Assembly (NCBI RefSeq): GCF_048403405.1
Contig: NZ_CP183129.1
Strand: one strand, 5' to 3'
DNA length: 64,000 nucleotides
DNA from: Escherichia coli
GTDB lineage: Bacteria > Pseudomonadota > Gammaproteobacteria > Enterobacterales > Enterobacteriaceae
Positions 10,626 to 26,510 of the stretch are shown here, in pieces (within the stretch, counting starts at the first letter, position 1; each line of letters starts with the position of its first letter). The translations under genes and the position numbers were made by a program. Below the pieces are notes generated by a model. It did not search any database and was not told the DNA's origin. It saw only the letters and a list, made by a program, of their open reading frames with translations.

Positions 10626-11619
10626 ATCGCTGCGCAATATTGACTCTTGTCACAGGCGAACTCTGACGATTCTCCCACAGCACCGTTAATCCACGCTGTA
10701 ATGCTATAAAAATAAACAACAAAATACCGATGGCGATTTTCGTCCACCATGAGCTCAGCGTGCCATCAAAGTTTATGTAAGTCTGAATCAGTCCCTGAAT
10801 CGCCACGCCAAAAAGCGTCCCTAATACCGTTCCAACGCCACCGCTCAAAAGCGTACCGCCAATCACCACTGAGGCGATAGCGTCCAGTTCCACACCTACG
10901 CCCGCCAGCGCATATCCGGCCTGGGTATAAATCGAGAAGACAATACCCGCCAGCGTTGCCAGTCCGGTGGAGAGCATATAAATGCGAATAGTGGTGCTGC
11001 GCGTGGAAATCCCCATCAGGTTCGCCGACGTTGTGTTGCCGCCAATGGCGTACACCTGATTACCAAAACGGGTACGATGCGCGAGGAATATGCCGATAAC
11101 CACCACCGCCAGCATCAGCAGCCCCATCGCACTTAAGCGACCGCCGCCAGGGATTTTCCATGCAAGGCTTGAGAGCGTGTCATAAACAGGATGATTTATC
11201 GGGATCGACTCTTCCGAAACGAGATAGCTGACGCCACGCAAAAAGAACATTCCTGCCAGAGTAATGATAAACGCCGGGATCTTCAGGGCGTCGATCAAAA
11301 GCCCCATAAATGCGCCAAAGGCACAGCCCATCACCAGCACCAGTGGAAACGCCAGCAGCGGCGAGAGGCCGAAATCGCCAATCACTTTTGCCAGAAACAC
11401 GCCGGTAAAGGCGATCACCGAACCGACGGAGAGATCGATCCCACCGGAGAGGATCACAAAGGTCATGCCAACAGCGATGATCCCCAGAAAAGCGTTATCG
11501 GTCAGGATATTGCAGATCACTCTTGTGGAAGCAAAACCGGGAAACTGGGTCAGGCAGTAGAAATAACCCAGCACAAAGACGCCGATGGTGATCATCAGTG
11601 GCAAATTACGTTTTATCAC
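10624..11619 (-). CDS. yjfF: ABC transporter permease (galactofuranose system)
   Basis: 331 aa polytopic membrane protein; GTG start; overlaps the ytfT 3' end by 14 nt. Confidence 0.9.
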   Translation of the reverse strand: MIKRNLPLMITIGVFVLGYFYCLTQFPGFASTRVICNILTDNAFLGIIAVGMTFVILSGGIDLSVGSVIAFTGVFLAKVIGDFGLSPLLAFPLVLVMGCAFGAFMGLLIDALKIPAFIITLAGMFFLRGVSYLVSEESIPINHPVYDTLSSLAWKIPGGGRLSAMGLLMLAVVVIGIFLAHRTRFGNQVYAIGGNTTSANLMGISTRSTTIRIYMLSTGLATLAGIVFSIYTQAGYALAGVGVELDAIASVVIGGTLLSGGVGTVLGTLFGVAIQGLIQTYINFDGTLSSWWTKIAIGILLFIFIALQRGLTVLWENRQSSPVTRVNIAQR

Positions 11620-12628
11620 GGCTACGCACTCCTTTAATCAGACTGATAAAGCGTTGCGACTGGACAATCAGCACGCAAAGCACCACCACCGCTTTCACCA
11701 CCTGGTTCATCTCCGGCGGAAAGCCCGAAAGCAAAATTCCGGTGTTCATCCCCTGAATAATCAGCGCCCCTACCACTGAGAGCAGCAGGTTAAAACGCCC
11801 GCCCATCAGCGATCCGCCGCCAATCACCACCGCGAGAATGGCGTCCAGCTCCAGCCATAATCCGGCGTTGTTGGCATCGGCACCGCGAATATCCGCCGCC
11901 ACGATAATGCCCGCAATCGCCGCACACAGCCCGCTCAACACGTAGGTGAGCATGACGATGAATCGCGTGTTGACTCCGGCATTTTTTGCCGCCCGAATGT
12001 TGATACCAACGGCTTCGATAAACATCCCCAGCGCCGTTTTGCGGGTCAACAGCCAGAACAGGAGAAGCGTCAGCAACGCGATAATGACCGGCGTTGGCAG
12101 GAACAATAGCGATCCGCTGCCAAACCATGAGAGATCCGGCGAGTTAAACGTGACGATCTGTCCGGAGGTGATCAGTTGCGCCACGCCGCGCCCGGCGACC
12201 ATCAGGATCAGGGTGGCAACAAACGGCTGAATTTTGAGGATCGCTACCAGTATGCCGTTCCACAATCCTGCCAGGATGCCAGTGCCCAGGGCGCTTAACA
12301 AAACAATCGGCAGGCTGAATCCCGCGACCGTCATCGCAGCCGTTGTGGCTCCGGCGATAGCCATCACCGCCCCTACGGAGAGATCAATCCCACCAGTGGC
12401 GATAACCAGCGTCATGCCAATCGCCAGTAGCGCAACGGGGGCCGCACGGTTAAGAATGTCGATAGGGCTACCGAACAAACGCCCATCCTGAAGCACCACC
12501 TGCCAGAAATGCGGGGCCACCAGGCTATCGACCAGCAGCACCAGCAACAGTGCCGCCAGCTGCGGCATTCCTGTTGGCCAGCGAAAACGCCTTTTCGGCG
12601 GCGTAGTGTCCGGGAGAGATTGAGGCAT
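11606..12628 (-). CDS. ytfT: ABC transporter permease (galactofuranose system)
   Basis: Membrane permease; ATG at 12626-12628 preceded by aaggag; alternative GTG (12631) or TTG (12652) starts possible. Confidence 0.88.
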   Translation of the reverse strand: MPQSLPDTTPPKRRFRWPTGMPQLAALLLVLLVDSLVAPHFWQVVLQDGRLFGSPIDILNRAAPVALLAIGMTLVIATGGIDLSVGAVMAIAGATTAAMTVAGFSLPIVLLSALGTGILAGLWNGILVAILKIQPFVATLILMVAGRGVAQLITSGQIVTFNSPDLSWFGSGSLLFLPTPVIIALLTLLLFWLLTRKTALGMFIEAVGINIRAAKNAGVNTRFIVMLTYVLSGLCAAIAGIIVAADIRGADANNAGLWLELDAILAVVIGGGSLMGGRFNLLLSVVGALIIQGMNTGILLSGFPPEMNQVVKAVVVLCVLIVQSQRFISLIKGVRSRDKT

Positions 12629-12641
12629 CACACTGTTCTCC

Positions 12642-14144
12642 TTACGCCGCAATGGCGTTCATGATCGCCGGAACGGAAAGCTCTGCCAGCGGGATCTCCG
12701 CCACCTGTTTGCGATCGCGCATGATAATCACCCGATCGGCATAGCCCACCAGCTCTTCCAGTTCGGAGGAGATCACCAGCAGCGCCAGACCATCAGCGCA
12801 CAGCGTTTCAATCAGGCGGATGATCTCGGCATGCGCACCAACATCAATGCCGCGGGTTGGCTCGTCGAGGATCAGAAATTGCGGTCGGGTCAGTAGCCAA
12901 CGTGAAAGCAACACTTTTTGCTGATTGCCGCCGGAGAGAAATTCAATCGGTTGTTCAGTTGAAGGTGTGCGAATGCCAAGCTGGCGGATAAAGCGTTGGG
13001 CAATCTCTTGCTGTTCTTTGCGGGAAATCGGTCGTAGCCAGCCGCGCTGGGCCTGGAGAGCGAGGATGATATTTTCCCGCACCGAGGCGGCGGCGATGAT
13101 GCCATCGGTTTTCCTGTCTTCCGGGCAGAAGCCGATACCCAGTACCGAAGCCTGATGTGGCGATCGCAGGGTTTGCTGTTTGCCTTTGATCAACGCCGTG
13201 CCGCTGTCAGCAGGTTTGATCCCGAAGATCACTTCGGCGGTTTCGGTACGTCCTGATCCCAGCAAGCCTGCCAGGCCAACGATCTCGCCGGGGCGTACTT
13301 CGAGATCAAACGGTGCGATCGTTCCTTTTTTGCCGTAATTTTTGAACGCGGCAACGGGTTTGTCGCTCAGCAATGTTCGTCCGGCACGCTGTAGCGCGTG
13401 GGTGTCCAGCTCACGCCCCAGCATCATTTTTACCAGTTCGATCTGCGGTAGCTCGCGGGTTTCCCGACAGCCTACGAAACTGCCGTTGCGTAAGACGGTG
13501 ATCCGATCGCTGACCTGATAGACCTGATCGAGAAAGTGAGTGACAAAGATCAGGCTGACGCCGCGATCGCGCAACTGACGCATCAGGCCAAACAGTAACT
13601 CTACTTCCTGAGTGTCGAGACTGGCAGTGGGTTCATCGAGGATCAGCACTTTGGCGGAGAGATCGATAGCCCGGCAAATGGCGACGATTTGCTGCATCGC
13701 GACTGAAAAGCGGTTGAGCGGTTCGCGCACGTCGAGGGAGAAACCGTAAGATGCCATCAGTTCGGTGGCGCGCTTTTCCATCTCTTTACGGCGTAGAAGG
13801 CCGAAACGTTTGGGTTCGCGACCTATGAATAGATTATCAGCGACCGACATATTGGGTAGCAGGTTGACTTCCTGATAGACGGTGCCGATGCCGAGTTGTT
13901 GTGCGTGGGCGGTATTTTTCGGTGAGATAGTCTGGCCTTCCAGCCAGATGGTGCCACGATCGGCGTGGTAGACACCGGTTAAGGCTTTGATTAGCGTTGA
14001 TTTTCCCGCCCCGTTTTCACCGAGCAGCGCCATGATTTCACCACGGCGCAGGCTGAAATTAACGTTATCTAACGCTTTGACGCCGGGGAAAAATTTACTT
14101 AATCCTTCGGTGCGGAGGATTTCCTGGTGTTGGTTAGTATTCAT
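12642..14144 (-). CDS. ytfR: ABC transporter ATP-binding protein with duplicated ATPase domains (galactofuranose system)
   Basis: 500 aa from MNTNQHQEIL; two Walker A motifs (GENGAGKST, GLLGSGRTE). Confidence 0.92.
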   Translation of the reverse strand: MNTNQHQEILRTEGLSKFFPGVKALDNVNFSLRRGEIMALLGENGAGKSTLIKALTGVYHADRGTIWLEGQTISPKNTAHAQQLGIGTVYQEVNLLPNMSVADNLFIGREPKRFGLLRRKEMEKRATELMASYGFSLDVREPLNRFSVAMQQIVAICRAIDLSAKVLILDEPTASLDTQEVELLFGLMRQLRDRGVSLIFVTHFLDQVYQVSDRITVLRNGSFVGCRETRELPQIELVKMMLGRELDTHALQRAGRTLLSDKPVAAFKNYGKKGTIAPFDLEVRPGEIVGLAGLLGSGRTETAEVIFGIKPADSGTALIKGKQQTLRSPHQASVLGIGFCPEDRKTDGIIAAASVRENIILALQAQRGWLRPISRKEQQEIAQRFIRQLGIRTPSTEQPIEFLSGGNQQKVLLSRWLLTRPQFLILDEPTRGIDVGAHAEIIRLIETLCADGLALLVISSELEELVGYADRVIIMRDRKQVAEIPLAELSVPAIMNAIAA

Positions 14145-14200
14145 AGTTTCCCCCGGTGAAAAGCGTGCGCCCGGTAAGCCAGATAAGACACAACAGCGTC

Positions 14201-14285
14201 GCATCAGGCATCTCGCACAATCGCCGGATGCGGCATAAACACCTTATCCGGCGGCGTACAAGTCGGCATCAGGCATTGATGCCCC
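14201..14285. repeat. REP-containing repeat cluster
   Basis: cgccggatgcggcataaacaccttatccggcg flanked by duplicated gcatcaggca motifs, between ytfR and ytfQ. Confidence 0.75.
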
Positions 14286-15242
14286 TCAATACCCCATATT
14301 TTTCTTTTTCTCTAACTCTTCTTTTGCGGTATCAGGCAGATAAAGGGTGGATTTGGTCAGTGTTAGCTTTTCAGGCATGGTGCCGTCTTTTTTGTATTTC
14401 TCCAGCGCGTCGAAAGCAGGACCTGCCATGTTCGGCGTCAGTTCAACACTGGCGTTCGCTTCGCCATCAATCATCGCTTTGTAGATATCCGGTACGCCAT
14501 CAATGGAACCCGTGAGGATATCTTTACCCGGCTTCAGGCCCGCTTCTTTAATTGCCTGAATTGCGCCAATCACCATGTCATCGTTATGGGCGTAAACCAT
14601 GCAGATGTTTTTGCCGTTGTTTTCTGCTTTGATAAAGCTCTCCATCACTTCTTTGCCTTTGCTGCGGGTGAAGTCACCTGACTGCGAGCGGATAATTTTG
14701 ATATTTGGCGCATTCTTAATGGCTTCGGCAAAGCCTTTCTTACGGTCAATGGCGACGCTGGCCCCAACGGTGCCCTGCAGCTCCACCACGTTGCATGGTT
14801 TGCCATTCACTTCTTTTACCAGCCAGTCACCAATCAACTTGCCTTCGAGGATGTTGTCGGCGGTGACAGTGGTCATATAGAGAGATTTGTCTTTCACATC
14901 GATGGAACGGTCAAGCAAGAAGACCGGGATTTCGGCATCTTTCGCCTCTTTTAATACCGGCTCCCAACCGGTCGCTACCACTGGAGCGATAAAGATCGCA
15001 TCCACCCCTTGCGCGACGAAGGAACGTACCGCTTTAATCTGGTTTTCCTGCTTTTGCTGACCATCGGCAATTTTCAACGTAATTCCGCGCTTTTCGGCTT
15101 CACTTTTCGCCACATTGGTTTCTGCGGCGCGCCAGCCGGATTCCGATCCGACCTGCGAAAATCCAACGGTTAATGGAGCGGCCAACGCCATAGACGACAT
15201 GGCTGCCGAGACTGCAGAGACTACAAGTAAGCGTTTCCACAT
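14286..15242 (-). CDS. ytfQ: periplasmic galactofuranose-binding protein
   Basis: 318 aa with signal peptide; periplasmic sugar-binding family. Confidence 0.93.
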   Translation of the reverse strand: MWKRLLVVSAVSAAMSSMALAAPLTVGFSQVGSESGWRAAETNVAKSEAEKRGITLKIADGQQKQENQIKAVRSFVAQGVDAIFIAPVVATGWEPVLKEAKDAEIPVFLLDRSIDVKDKSLYMTTVTADNILEGKLIGDWLVKEVNGKPCNVVELQGTVGASVAIDRKKGFAEAIKNAPNIKIIRSQSGDFTRSKGKEVMESFIKAENNGKNICMVYAHNDDMVIGAIQAIKEAGLKPGKDILTGSIDGVPDIYKAMIDGEANASVELTPNMAGPAFDALEKYKKDGTMPEKLTLTKSTLYLPDTAKEELEKKKNMGY

Positions 15243-15551
15243 AGGGTTGTCCTCGTCGGGGTAATTATTATTGGTGAAAAGATGTTCGCGAAAAAACTAT
15301 AGACAATTCGTTATGTAACGGATTGCGTTACATCACACTTCAAAAAAGTAAATAAAACGTTAATCACAAGTTTGTAATCGCTTTCATCTCACTATGAAAA
15401 ATGCGGCTACGGTTATGGATTTTCCTGCTCTTTAAACCATCTTAAAACTGGCTAAAAAGGAAAATGAAGAAGAAAACAAGCGAAGACATTCGGCGCGAGT
15501 TGGCTATAATACTCGGCACTTGTTTGCCACATATTTTTAAAGGAAACAGAC

Positions 15552-16082
15552 ATGAGCTTACTCAACGTCCCTGCGGGTAAAGATCTGCCGGAAGACATCT
15601 ACGTTGTTATTGAGATCCCGGCTAACGCAGATCCGATCAAATACGAAATCGACAAAGAGAGCGGCGCACTGTTCGTTGACCGCTTCATGTCCACCGCGAT
15701 GTTCTATCCGTGCAACTACGGTTACATCAACCACACCCTGTCTCTGGACGGTGACCCGGTTGACGTACTGGTCCCGACTCCGTACCCGCTGCAGCCGGGT
15801 TCTGTGATCCGTTGCCGTCCTGTTGGCGTTCTGAAAATGACCGACGAAGCCGGTGAAGATGCGAAACTGGTTGCGGTTCCGCACAGCAAGCTGAGCAAAG
15901 AATACGATCACATTAAAGACGTTAACGATCTGCCTGAACTGCTGAAAGCACAGATCGCTCACTTCTTCGAGCACTACAAAGACCTCGAAAAAGGCAAGTG
16001 GGTGAAAGTTGAAGGCTGGGAAAACGCAGAAGCCGCTAAAGCTGAAATCGTTGCCTCCTTCGAGCGCGCAAAGAATAAATAA
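15552..16082 (+). CDS. ppa: inorganic pyrophosphatase
   Basis: 176 aa; unmistakable Ppa sequence. Confidence 0.97.
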   Translation: MSLLNVPAGKDLPEDIYVVIEIPANADPIKYEIDKESGALFVDRFMSTAMFYPCNYGYINHTLSLDGDPVDVLVPTPYPLQPGSVIRCRPVGVLKMTDEAGEDAKLVAVPHSKLSKEYDHIKDVNDLPELLKAQIAHFFEHYKDLEKGKWVKVEGWENAEAAKAEIVASFERAKNK

Positions 16083-16160
16083 GTTCTTCTAGCGTAATAA
16101 CCCTGAACGCCGGGCTTCGGTTAGTAGGGGTTTTTTATGCCCGCGATAAATAAACACACC

Positions 16161-16511
16161 TTATTCCACCACCGCCTGCAAACGTAATAACGCCTCTTCC
16201 ACCACCTCACCCGCAGCCAGACCAATACGCTTTGCCAGCCGGGCGCGTAGATCCATCATCCGCACCTGATTCACCAGCACCACGCCGTGTACATCGCCTT
16301 CTTCGCAATGTAAAGGAACGCTAAATCCGGCATAACGGGCAAAATTTCCGCCCTGCGTAATGGGGGCCACCAGCGTCATTCCCAGTTGATTAAAGGCTTG
16401 AACGGAGAGCACAAGCGCAGGTCGACCAGCACCTTGCTGTTCATGGCCGCTTGCTGGATCAAAGCCAACCAGCACAATGTCTCCCCGTTCAAATTCACTT
16501 TTCTTTACCAT
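16161..16511 (-). CDS. chpB: toxin ChpB (MazF-family endoribonuclease)
   Basis: 116 aa PemK/MazF-like; overlaps the chpS stop by 7 nt. Confidence 0.93.
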   Translation of the reverse strand: MVKKSEFERGDIVLVGFDPASGHEQQGAGRPALVLSVQAFNQLGMTLVAPITQGGNFARYAGFSVPLHCEEGDVHGVVLVNQVRMMDLRARLAKRIGLAAGEVVEEALLRLQAVVE

Positions 16512-16756
16512 ATTTCGTCACCCGCAGGGGTGGATTTACCCCAGACATCCTGCTCGCTAAGTTCCGTGGCGTTCATGTCACACTGTGCCAGCAGTTCATC
16601 AAGCGAGTAGCGCCTGGAGATGGGTGTCAGAATCAGTTGATTGTTGCTCACTTGCGCCTCCACGCTCTGCCCCGGCCGTAAGTTAAGTTCTTTCATCACA
16701 ACATTAGGAATGACCATACCTGAACTGTTCCCCCATTTTTTTATGGTAATACGCAT
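16505..16756 (-). CDS. chpS: antitoxin ChpS (MazE/AbrB-fold)
   Basis: 83 aa from ATG 16754-16756 (MRITIKKWGNSSG...); SD-like cacctcctt 16763-16771. Confidence 0.92.
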   Translation of the reverse strand: MRITIKKWGNSSGMVIPNVVMKELNLRPGQSVEAQVSNNQLILTPISRRYSLDELLAQCDMNATELSEQDVWGKSTPAGDEIW

Positions 16757-16770
16757 CTGCACCTCCTTAA

Positions 16771-16787
16771 GTTATACAAAGTATAAC
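16771..16787. promoter_or_regulatory. perfect inverted repeat just upstream of chpS, candidate ChpS-ChpB operator
   Basis: gttatac-aaa-gtataac, 15-31 nt upstream of the chpS ATG. Confidence 0.55.
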
Positions 16788-16927
16788 TCACGGTGCTACA
16801 GGAAACGTTTTACCCCTGCGCATTTGTGAACGCCAGCAGAGTTTTTTATGCGTTAACAGATATGGAAAGCGGCTCGGAGAGAAAAGCAAAAGGTGAGGGA
16901 ATTACAAAACAGAATGCGAGTCGTCTC

Positions 16928-16957
16928 GCAAAAAACAACGCCACCCGAAGGTGGCGT
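16928..16957 (-). terminator. rho-independent terminator downstream of ytfP
   Basis: acgccacc-cgaa-ggtggcgt stem-loop (16938-16957) preceded on + by an A-run 16930-16935, which is a U-tract on the minus strand. Confidence 0.75.
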
Positions 16958-16967
16958 ATGCGTATGG

Positions 16968-17309
16968 TTACTTATCCCTGTCTAACCAGTCGCCGCTTTC
17001 AATTAGCTTTAATCCATCGACGGGTCGTTGATAAACGTACATCCATGCACTCCCGTACGGCGTCTGAATCAACTGGCGCGCGTATTCACCGCCCCTGGTG
17101 CGCAAGGCATCAAGTTCGGCCAGCGTGGCGTTGTCAATACGATAAACTTCACCGTGTACTGTTCCGTTCCCCGGAACTGCGCCTGGATAGTGGCCCAGGC
17201 TATACAACTGGTAGTTATCGATACTGAAATCGCCCAGTAACTGGGCATTGGTCATCCAGTGACTGTTGCCTTGTTTGTGGCGTAAACTGCCGTAGACAAA
17301 TATTCGCAT
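16968..17309 (-). CDS. ytfP: gamma-glutamylcyclotransferase-family protein
   Basis: 113 aa AIG2/GGCT-like; start 2 nt downstream of the tamB stop. Confidence 0.9.
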   Translation of the reverse strand: MRIFVYGSLRHKQGNSHWMTNAQLLGDFSIDNYQLYSLGHYPGAVPGNGTVHGEVYRIDNATLAELDALRTRGGEYARQLIQTPYGSAWMYVYQRPVDGLKLIESGDWLDRDK

Positions 17310-17311
17310 TG

Positions 17312-22863
<5,552 letters not shown>

Positions 22864-23026
22864 TTAAACGGCTTAACAAAAATCCAGTAATATGGATTAA
22901 AAAGCAGACTAAACCCCAAATATTTCTTATGTTTTACTTTAGACCTATTCACAGCGGTTATTGTGTGCAAATACGCCTCTTGTTACAACCTTAACCCCAA
23001 TGACCGATTTTCGGGAGAGCGACACC

Positions 23027-23665
23027 ATGAGTTTATTTGATAAAAAGCATCTGGTTTCCCCCGCCGATGCCCTGCCTGGACGTAACACCCCGATGCCCGT
23101 AGCCACACTGCATGCGGTCAACGGTCACTCAATGACCAATGTACCTGACGGAATGGAGATTGCCATTTTTGCGATGGGTTGTTTCTGGGGTGTGGAGCGA
23201 CTGTTCTGGCAGTTACCCGGCGTTTACAGCACCGCCGCAGGCTATACCGGCGGCTATACGCCAAATCCGACTTATCGGGAAGTGTGTTCCGGTGATACTG
23301 GTCATGCCGAAGCGGTACGCATTGTTTACGATCCTTCCGTCATCAGCTATGAGCAGTTGCTACAGGTATTTTGGGAGAATCACGATCCCGCCCAGGGAAT
23401 GCGTCAGGGCAATGACCACGGCACGCAGTATCGTTCAGCGATTTATCCGCTGACCCCAGAACAGGATGCCGCAGCTCGCGCCAGTCTGGAACGTTTTCAG
23501 GCGGCGATGCTTGCCACCGATGACGATCGTCGCATCACCACGGAAATCGCGAACGCCACACCGTTTTATTATGCCGAAGATGACCACCAGCAATATCTGC
23601 ATAAAAACCCGTATGGTTACTGTGGAATTGGCGGAATTGGCGTCTGTCTGCCGCCGGAAGCATAG
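23027..23665 (+). CDS. msrA: peptide methionine sulfoxide reductase A
   Basis: 212 aa from MSLFDKK; GCFWG active-site motif; the ORF call from 22961 is an extension. Confidence 0.95.
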   Translation: MSLFDKKHLVSPADALPGRNTPMPVATLHAVNGHSMTNVPDGMEIAIFAMGCFWGVERLFWQLPGVYSTAAGYTGGYTPNPTYREVCSGDTGHAEAVRIVYDPSVISYEQLLQVFWENHDPAQGMRQGNDHGTQYRSAIYPLTPEQDAAARASLERFQAAMLATDDDRRITTEIANATPFYYAEDDHQQYLHKNPYGYCGIGGIGVCLPPEA

Positions 23666-23712
23666 CGTTACGGGTACAAATGTAGATTGTTGATAAAGTG
23701 CTATTTGTCTAT

Positions 23713-23810
23713 GCCGGATGCGGCGTAAACGCCTTGCCAGGCCTACAAAATCGTCCAAAATCAATATATTGTGGGGACTGCGTAGGCCTGATCGGCATAG
23801 CGCATCAGCC
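23713..23810. repeat. pair of inverted REP elements (BIME-like)
   Basis: gccggatgcggcgtaaacgccttgccaggcctac (23713-23746) and gtaggcctgatcggcatagcgcatcagcc (23782-23810). Confidence 0.8.
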
Positions 23811-23987
23811 AGTTTTTCATTTATCAGCAGTCTGAATTTTAACCCTCTGGCGGCTTTACAGTACCTTACGCTATACTAGCCACTGAAAATGCCGGTTCAC
23901 TTTCTTCGAATCGGCTTTCAATGTGTATTTCACACAAATTAATCAACTTCCCCTTCCGAGGATCTGGCCTGAAAGGTCGGATAAGAT

Positions 23988-25331
23988 ATGTTAAACAGTA
24001 TTTTAGTCATACTCTGCTTGATCGCTGTAAGTGCGTTCTTCTCGATGTCTGAGATCTCACTTGCCGCCTCACGCAAAATCAAACTTAAACTGCTGGCTGA
24101 TGAAGGCAATATAAATGCCCAACGCGTTCTGAATATGCAGGAAAATCCCGGCATGTTCTTTACCGTGGTCCAAATCGGTCTGAACGCAGTGGCGATTCTC
24201 GGCGGTATCGTCGGTGATGCGGCATTTTCTCCAGCTTTTCACAGCCTGTTCTCCCGCTATATGTCGGCAGAACTCTCTGAGCAACTGAGCTTTATTCTCT
24301 CTTTCTCGTTAGTGACTGGCATGTTTATCCTGTTTGCGGATTTAACCCCGAAACGCATCGGTATGATTGCGCCAGAAGCAGTGGCTTTGCGTATCATCAA
24401 CCCGATGCGCTTCTGCCTGTACGTTTGCACCCCGCTGGTGTGGTTCTTCAACGGCCTGGCGAACATGATCTTCCGTATTTTCAAACTGCCAATGGTACGT
24501 AAAGATGACATCACTTCTGATGACATCTACGCGGTAGTGGAAGCCGGTGCGCTGGCGGGCGTGTTACGTAAACAGGAACACGAGCTGATTGAAAACGTCT
24601 TTGAGCTGGAATCCCGTACCGTTCCGTCGTCAATGACACCGCGTGAAAACGTGATTTGGTTTGATCTCCACGAAGATGAGCAAAGTCTGAAGAATAAGGT
24701 GGCGGAACATCCGCACTCTAAGTTCCTCGTCTGTAATGAAGATATTGACCACATCATCGGCTATGTCGATTCTAAAGACCTGCTGAACCGCGTGCTGGCT
24801 AACCAAAGCCTGGCACTGAACAGCGGCGTACAAATTCGCAACACGCTGATTGTGCCGGATACGTTAACCCTTTCAGAGGCGTTGGAAAGTTTTAAAACCG
24901 CAGGTGAAGACTTCGCGGTGATCATGAACGAGTACGCGCTGGTGGTGGGGATCATCACCCTCAACGACGTGATGACCACGCTGATGGGCGATCTGGTCGG
25001 TCAGGGGCTGGAAGAGCAGATTGTCGCCCGTGATGAGAACTCATGGCTGATTGACGGCGGCACTCCGATTGACGACGTCATGCGCGTGCTGGATATTGAC
25101 GAGTTCCCGCAGTCGGGCAACTACGAAACCATCGGCGGCTTTATGATGTTTATGCTGCGTAAGATCCCGAAACGCACCGATTCGGTGAAATTCGCCGGCT
25201 ACAAATTTGAAGTGGTGGATATCGATAACTACCGCATCGACCAGCTGCTGGTGACCCGGATCGACAGCAAGGCCACCGCCCTTTCGCCAAAACTGCCTGA
25301 CGCTAAAGATAAAGAAGAAAGCGTCGCGTAA
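23988..25331 (+). CDS. ytfL: inner membrane protein YtfL (CNNM/UPF0053 family, DUF21-CBS-CorC domains)
   Basis: 447 aa; N-terminal TM domain followed by CBS pair and CorC-like C-terminus. Confidence 0.92.
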   Translation: MLNSILVILCLIAVSAFFSMSEISLAASRKIKLKLLADEGNINAQRVLNMQENPGMFFTVVQIGLNAVAILGGIVGDAAFSPAFHSLFSRYMSAELSEQLSFILSFSLVTGMFILFADLTPKRIGMIAPEAVALRIINPMRFCLYVCTPLVWFFNGLANMIFRIFKLPMVRKDDITSDDIYAVVEAGALAGVLRKQEHELIENVFELESRTVPSSMTPRENVIWFDLHEDEQSLKNKVAEHPHSKFLVCNEDIDHIIGYVDSKDLLNRVLANQSLALNSGVQIRNTLIVPDTLTLSEALESFKTAGEDFAVIMNEYALVVGIITLNDVMTTLMGDLVGQGLEEQIVARDENSWLIDGGTPIDDVMRVLDIDEFPQSGNYETIGGFMMFMLRKIPKRTDSVKFAGYKFEVVDIDNYRIDQLLVTRIDSKATALSPKLPDAKDKEESVA

Positions 25332-25346
25332 CCCCCAGAAACATCA

Positions 25347-25369
25347 ACGGCTCCTGAATCAGGAGCCGT
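25347..25369. terminator. hairpin between the convergent ytfL and ytfK
   Basis: acggctcctg-aat-caggagccgt perfect 10-bp stem, followed by cttatta. Confidence 0.6.
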
Positions 25370-25392
25370 CTTATTACTGCATAGCACTTTGG

Positions 25393-25599
25393 TTAAGCCA
25401 TCTCTGTTTGCAGACGCATAACCTGACGGTTAACTTCGGACATCACTGACAAATGCAGCTTATCCTTCACTTTTGGGATAAGAATCTTACCCTTATCAAA
25501 TTCAAAAGCGCCAACGTCCTTGATGTATAACCGTCCACGGAACAGGATCTTTACGTACTTCGCCACCTGAAGTGGGTTGTACCGTTGGAAAATTTTCAT
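25393..25599 (-). CDS. ytfK: small protein YtfK (DUF1107)
   Basis: 68 aa from ATG 25597-25599 with aggag SD at 25606-25610; the ORF-track call is an upstream extension. Confidence 0.88.
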
Positions 25600-25923
25600 T
25601 GTTATCTCCTGCTGAGTATTACGCCTGTGCGGTGCCACAATCGGCCCAACTATTATGAGGCGCAAATTTTAATGCTTAGTGACTATAGACTATCCGGGCA
25701 ATGTTTCCACCGCGTATAACTTTTTTTACCTAAAGGTTACAATTATTCAGAATTATCTTTTTACCGAAGCGCGGTCTTCAGTATAAGCATTCATTTTTCA
25801 TATGATTTGTGCGCTTGACCGCAAACTGGCATCACACTTGCGGGAAATTCGATAAATAGCACATATGATTAAAACTCAGACCCAAGTGGTCGGATCACCT
25901 GCATATCATAAGAAGGAAACACC

Positions 25924-26478
25924 ATGACCCTACGCAAGATTCTGGCACTCACCTGCCTGCTGTTGCCGATGATGGCTTCCGCACATCAGTTCGAAACCGG
26001 TCAGCGAGTGCCGCCGATTGGCATTACCGATCGTGGCGAGTTGGTGCTTGATAAAGATCAGTTTAGCTACAAAACCTGGAACAGCGCGCAGTTAGTGGGA
26101 AAAGTGCGAGTACTGCAACATATTGCTGGTCGCACCTCTGCAAAAGAGAAAAACGCGACGCTGATTGAAGCGATTAAATCAGCAAAGTTACCGCACGATC
26201 GTTACCAGACCACCACCATTGTTAACACCGACGACGCAATTCCGGGTTCCGGCATGTTTGTGCGCAGCAGTCTGGAAAGTAATAAAAAGCTTTATCCCTG
26301 GTCGCAGTTTATTGTCGATAGCAATGGCGTCGCGCGCGGTGCCTGGCAGCTGGATGAAGAAAGTTCCGCTGTAGTGGTGCTGGATAAAGACGGTCGCGTG
26401 CAATGGGCCAAAGACGGGGCGCTCACACAGGAAGAGGTGCAGCAAGTGATGGACCTGCTGCAAAAGTTGCTCAAATAA
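25924..26478 (+). CDS. ytfJ: periplasmic protein YtfJ
   Basis: 184 aa with signal peptide. Confidence 0.9.
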   Translation: MTLRKILALTCLLLPMMASAHQFETGQRVPPIGITDRGELVLDKDQFSYKTWNSAQLVGKVRVLQHIAGRTSAKEKNATLIEAIKSAKLPHDRYQTTTIVNTDDAIPGSGMFVRSSLESNKKLYPWSQFIVDSNGVARGAWQLDEESSAVVVLDKDGRVQWAKDGALTQEEVQQVMDLLQKLLK

Positions 26479-26510
26479 TGGCAATAACATAAATTCTGCA
26501 AAATAATTTT

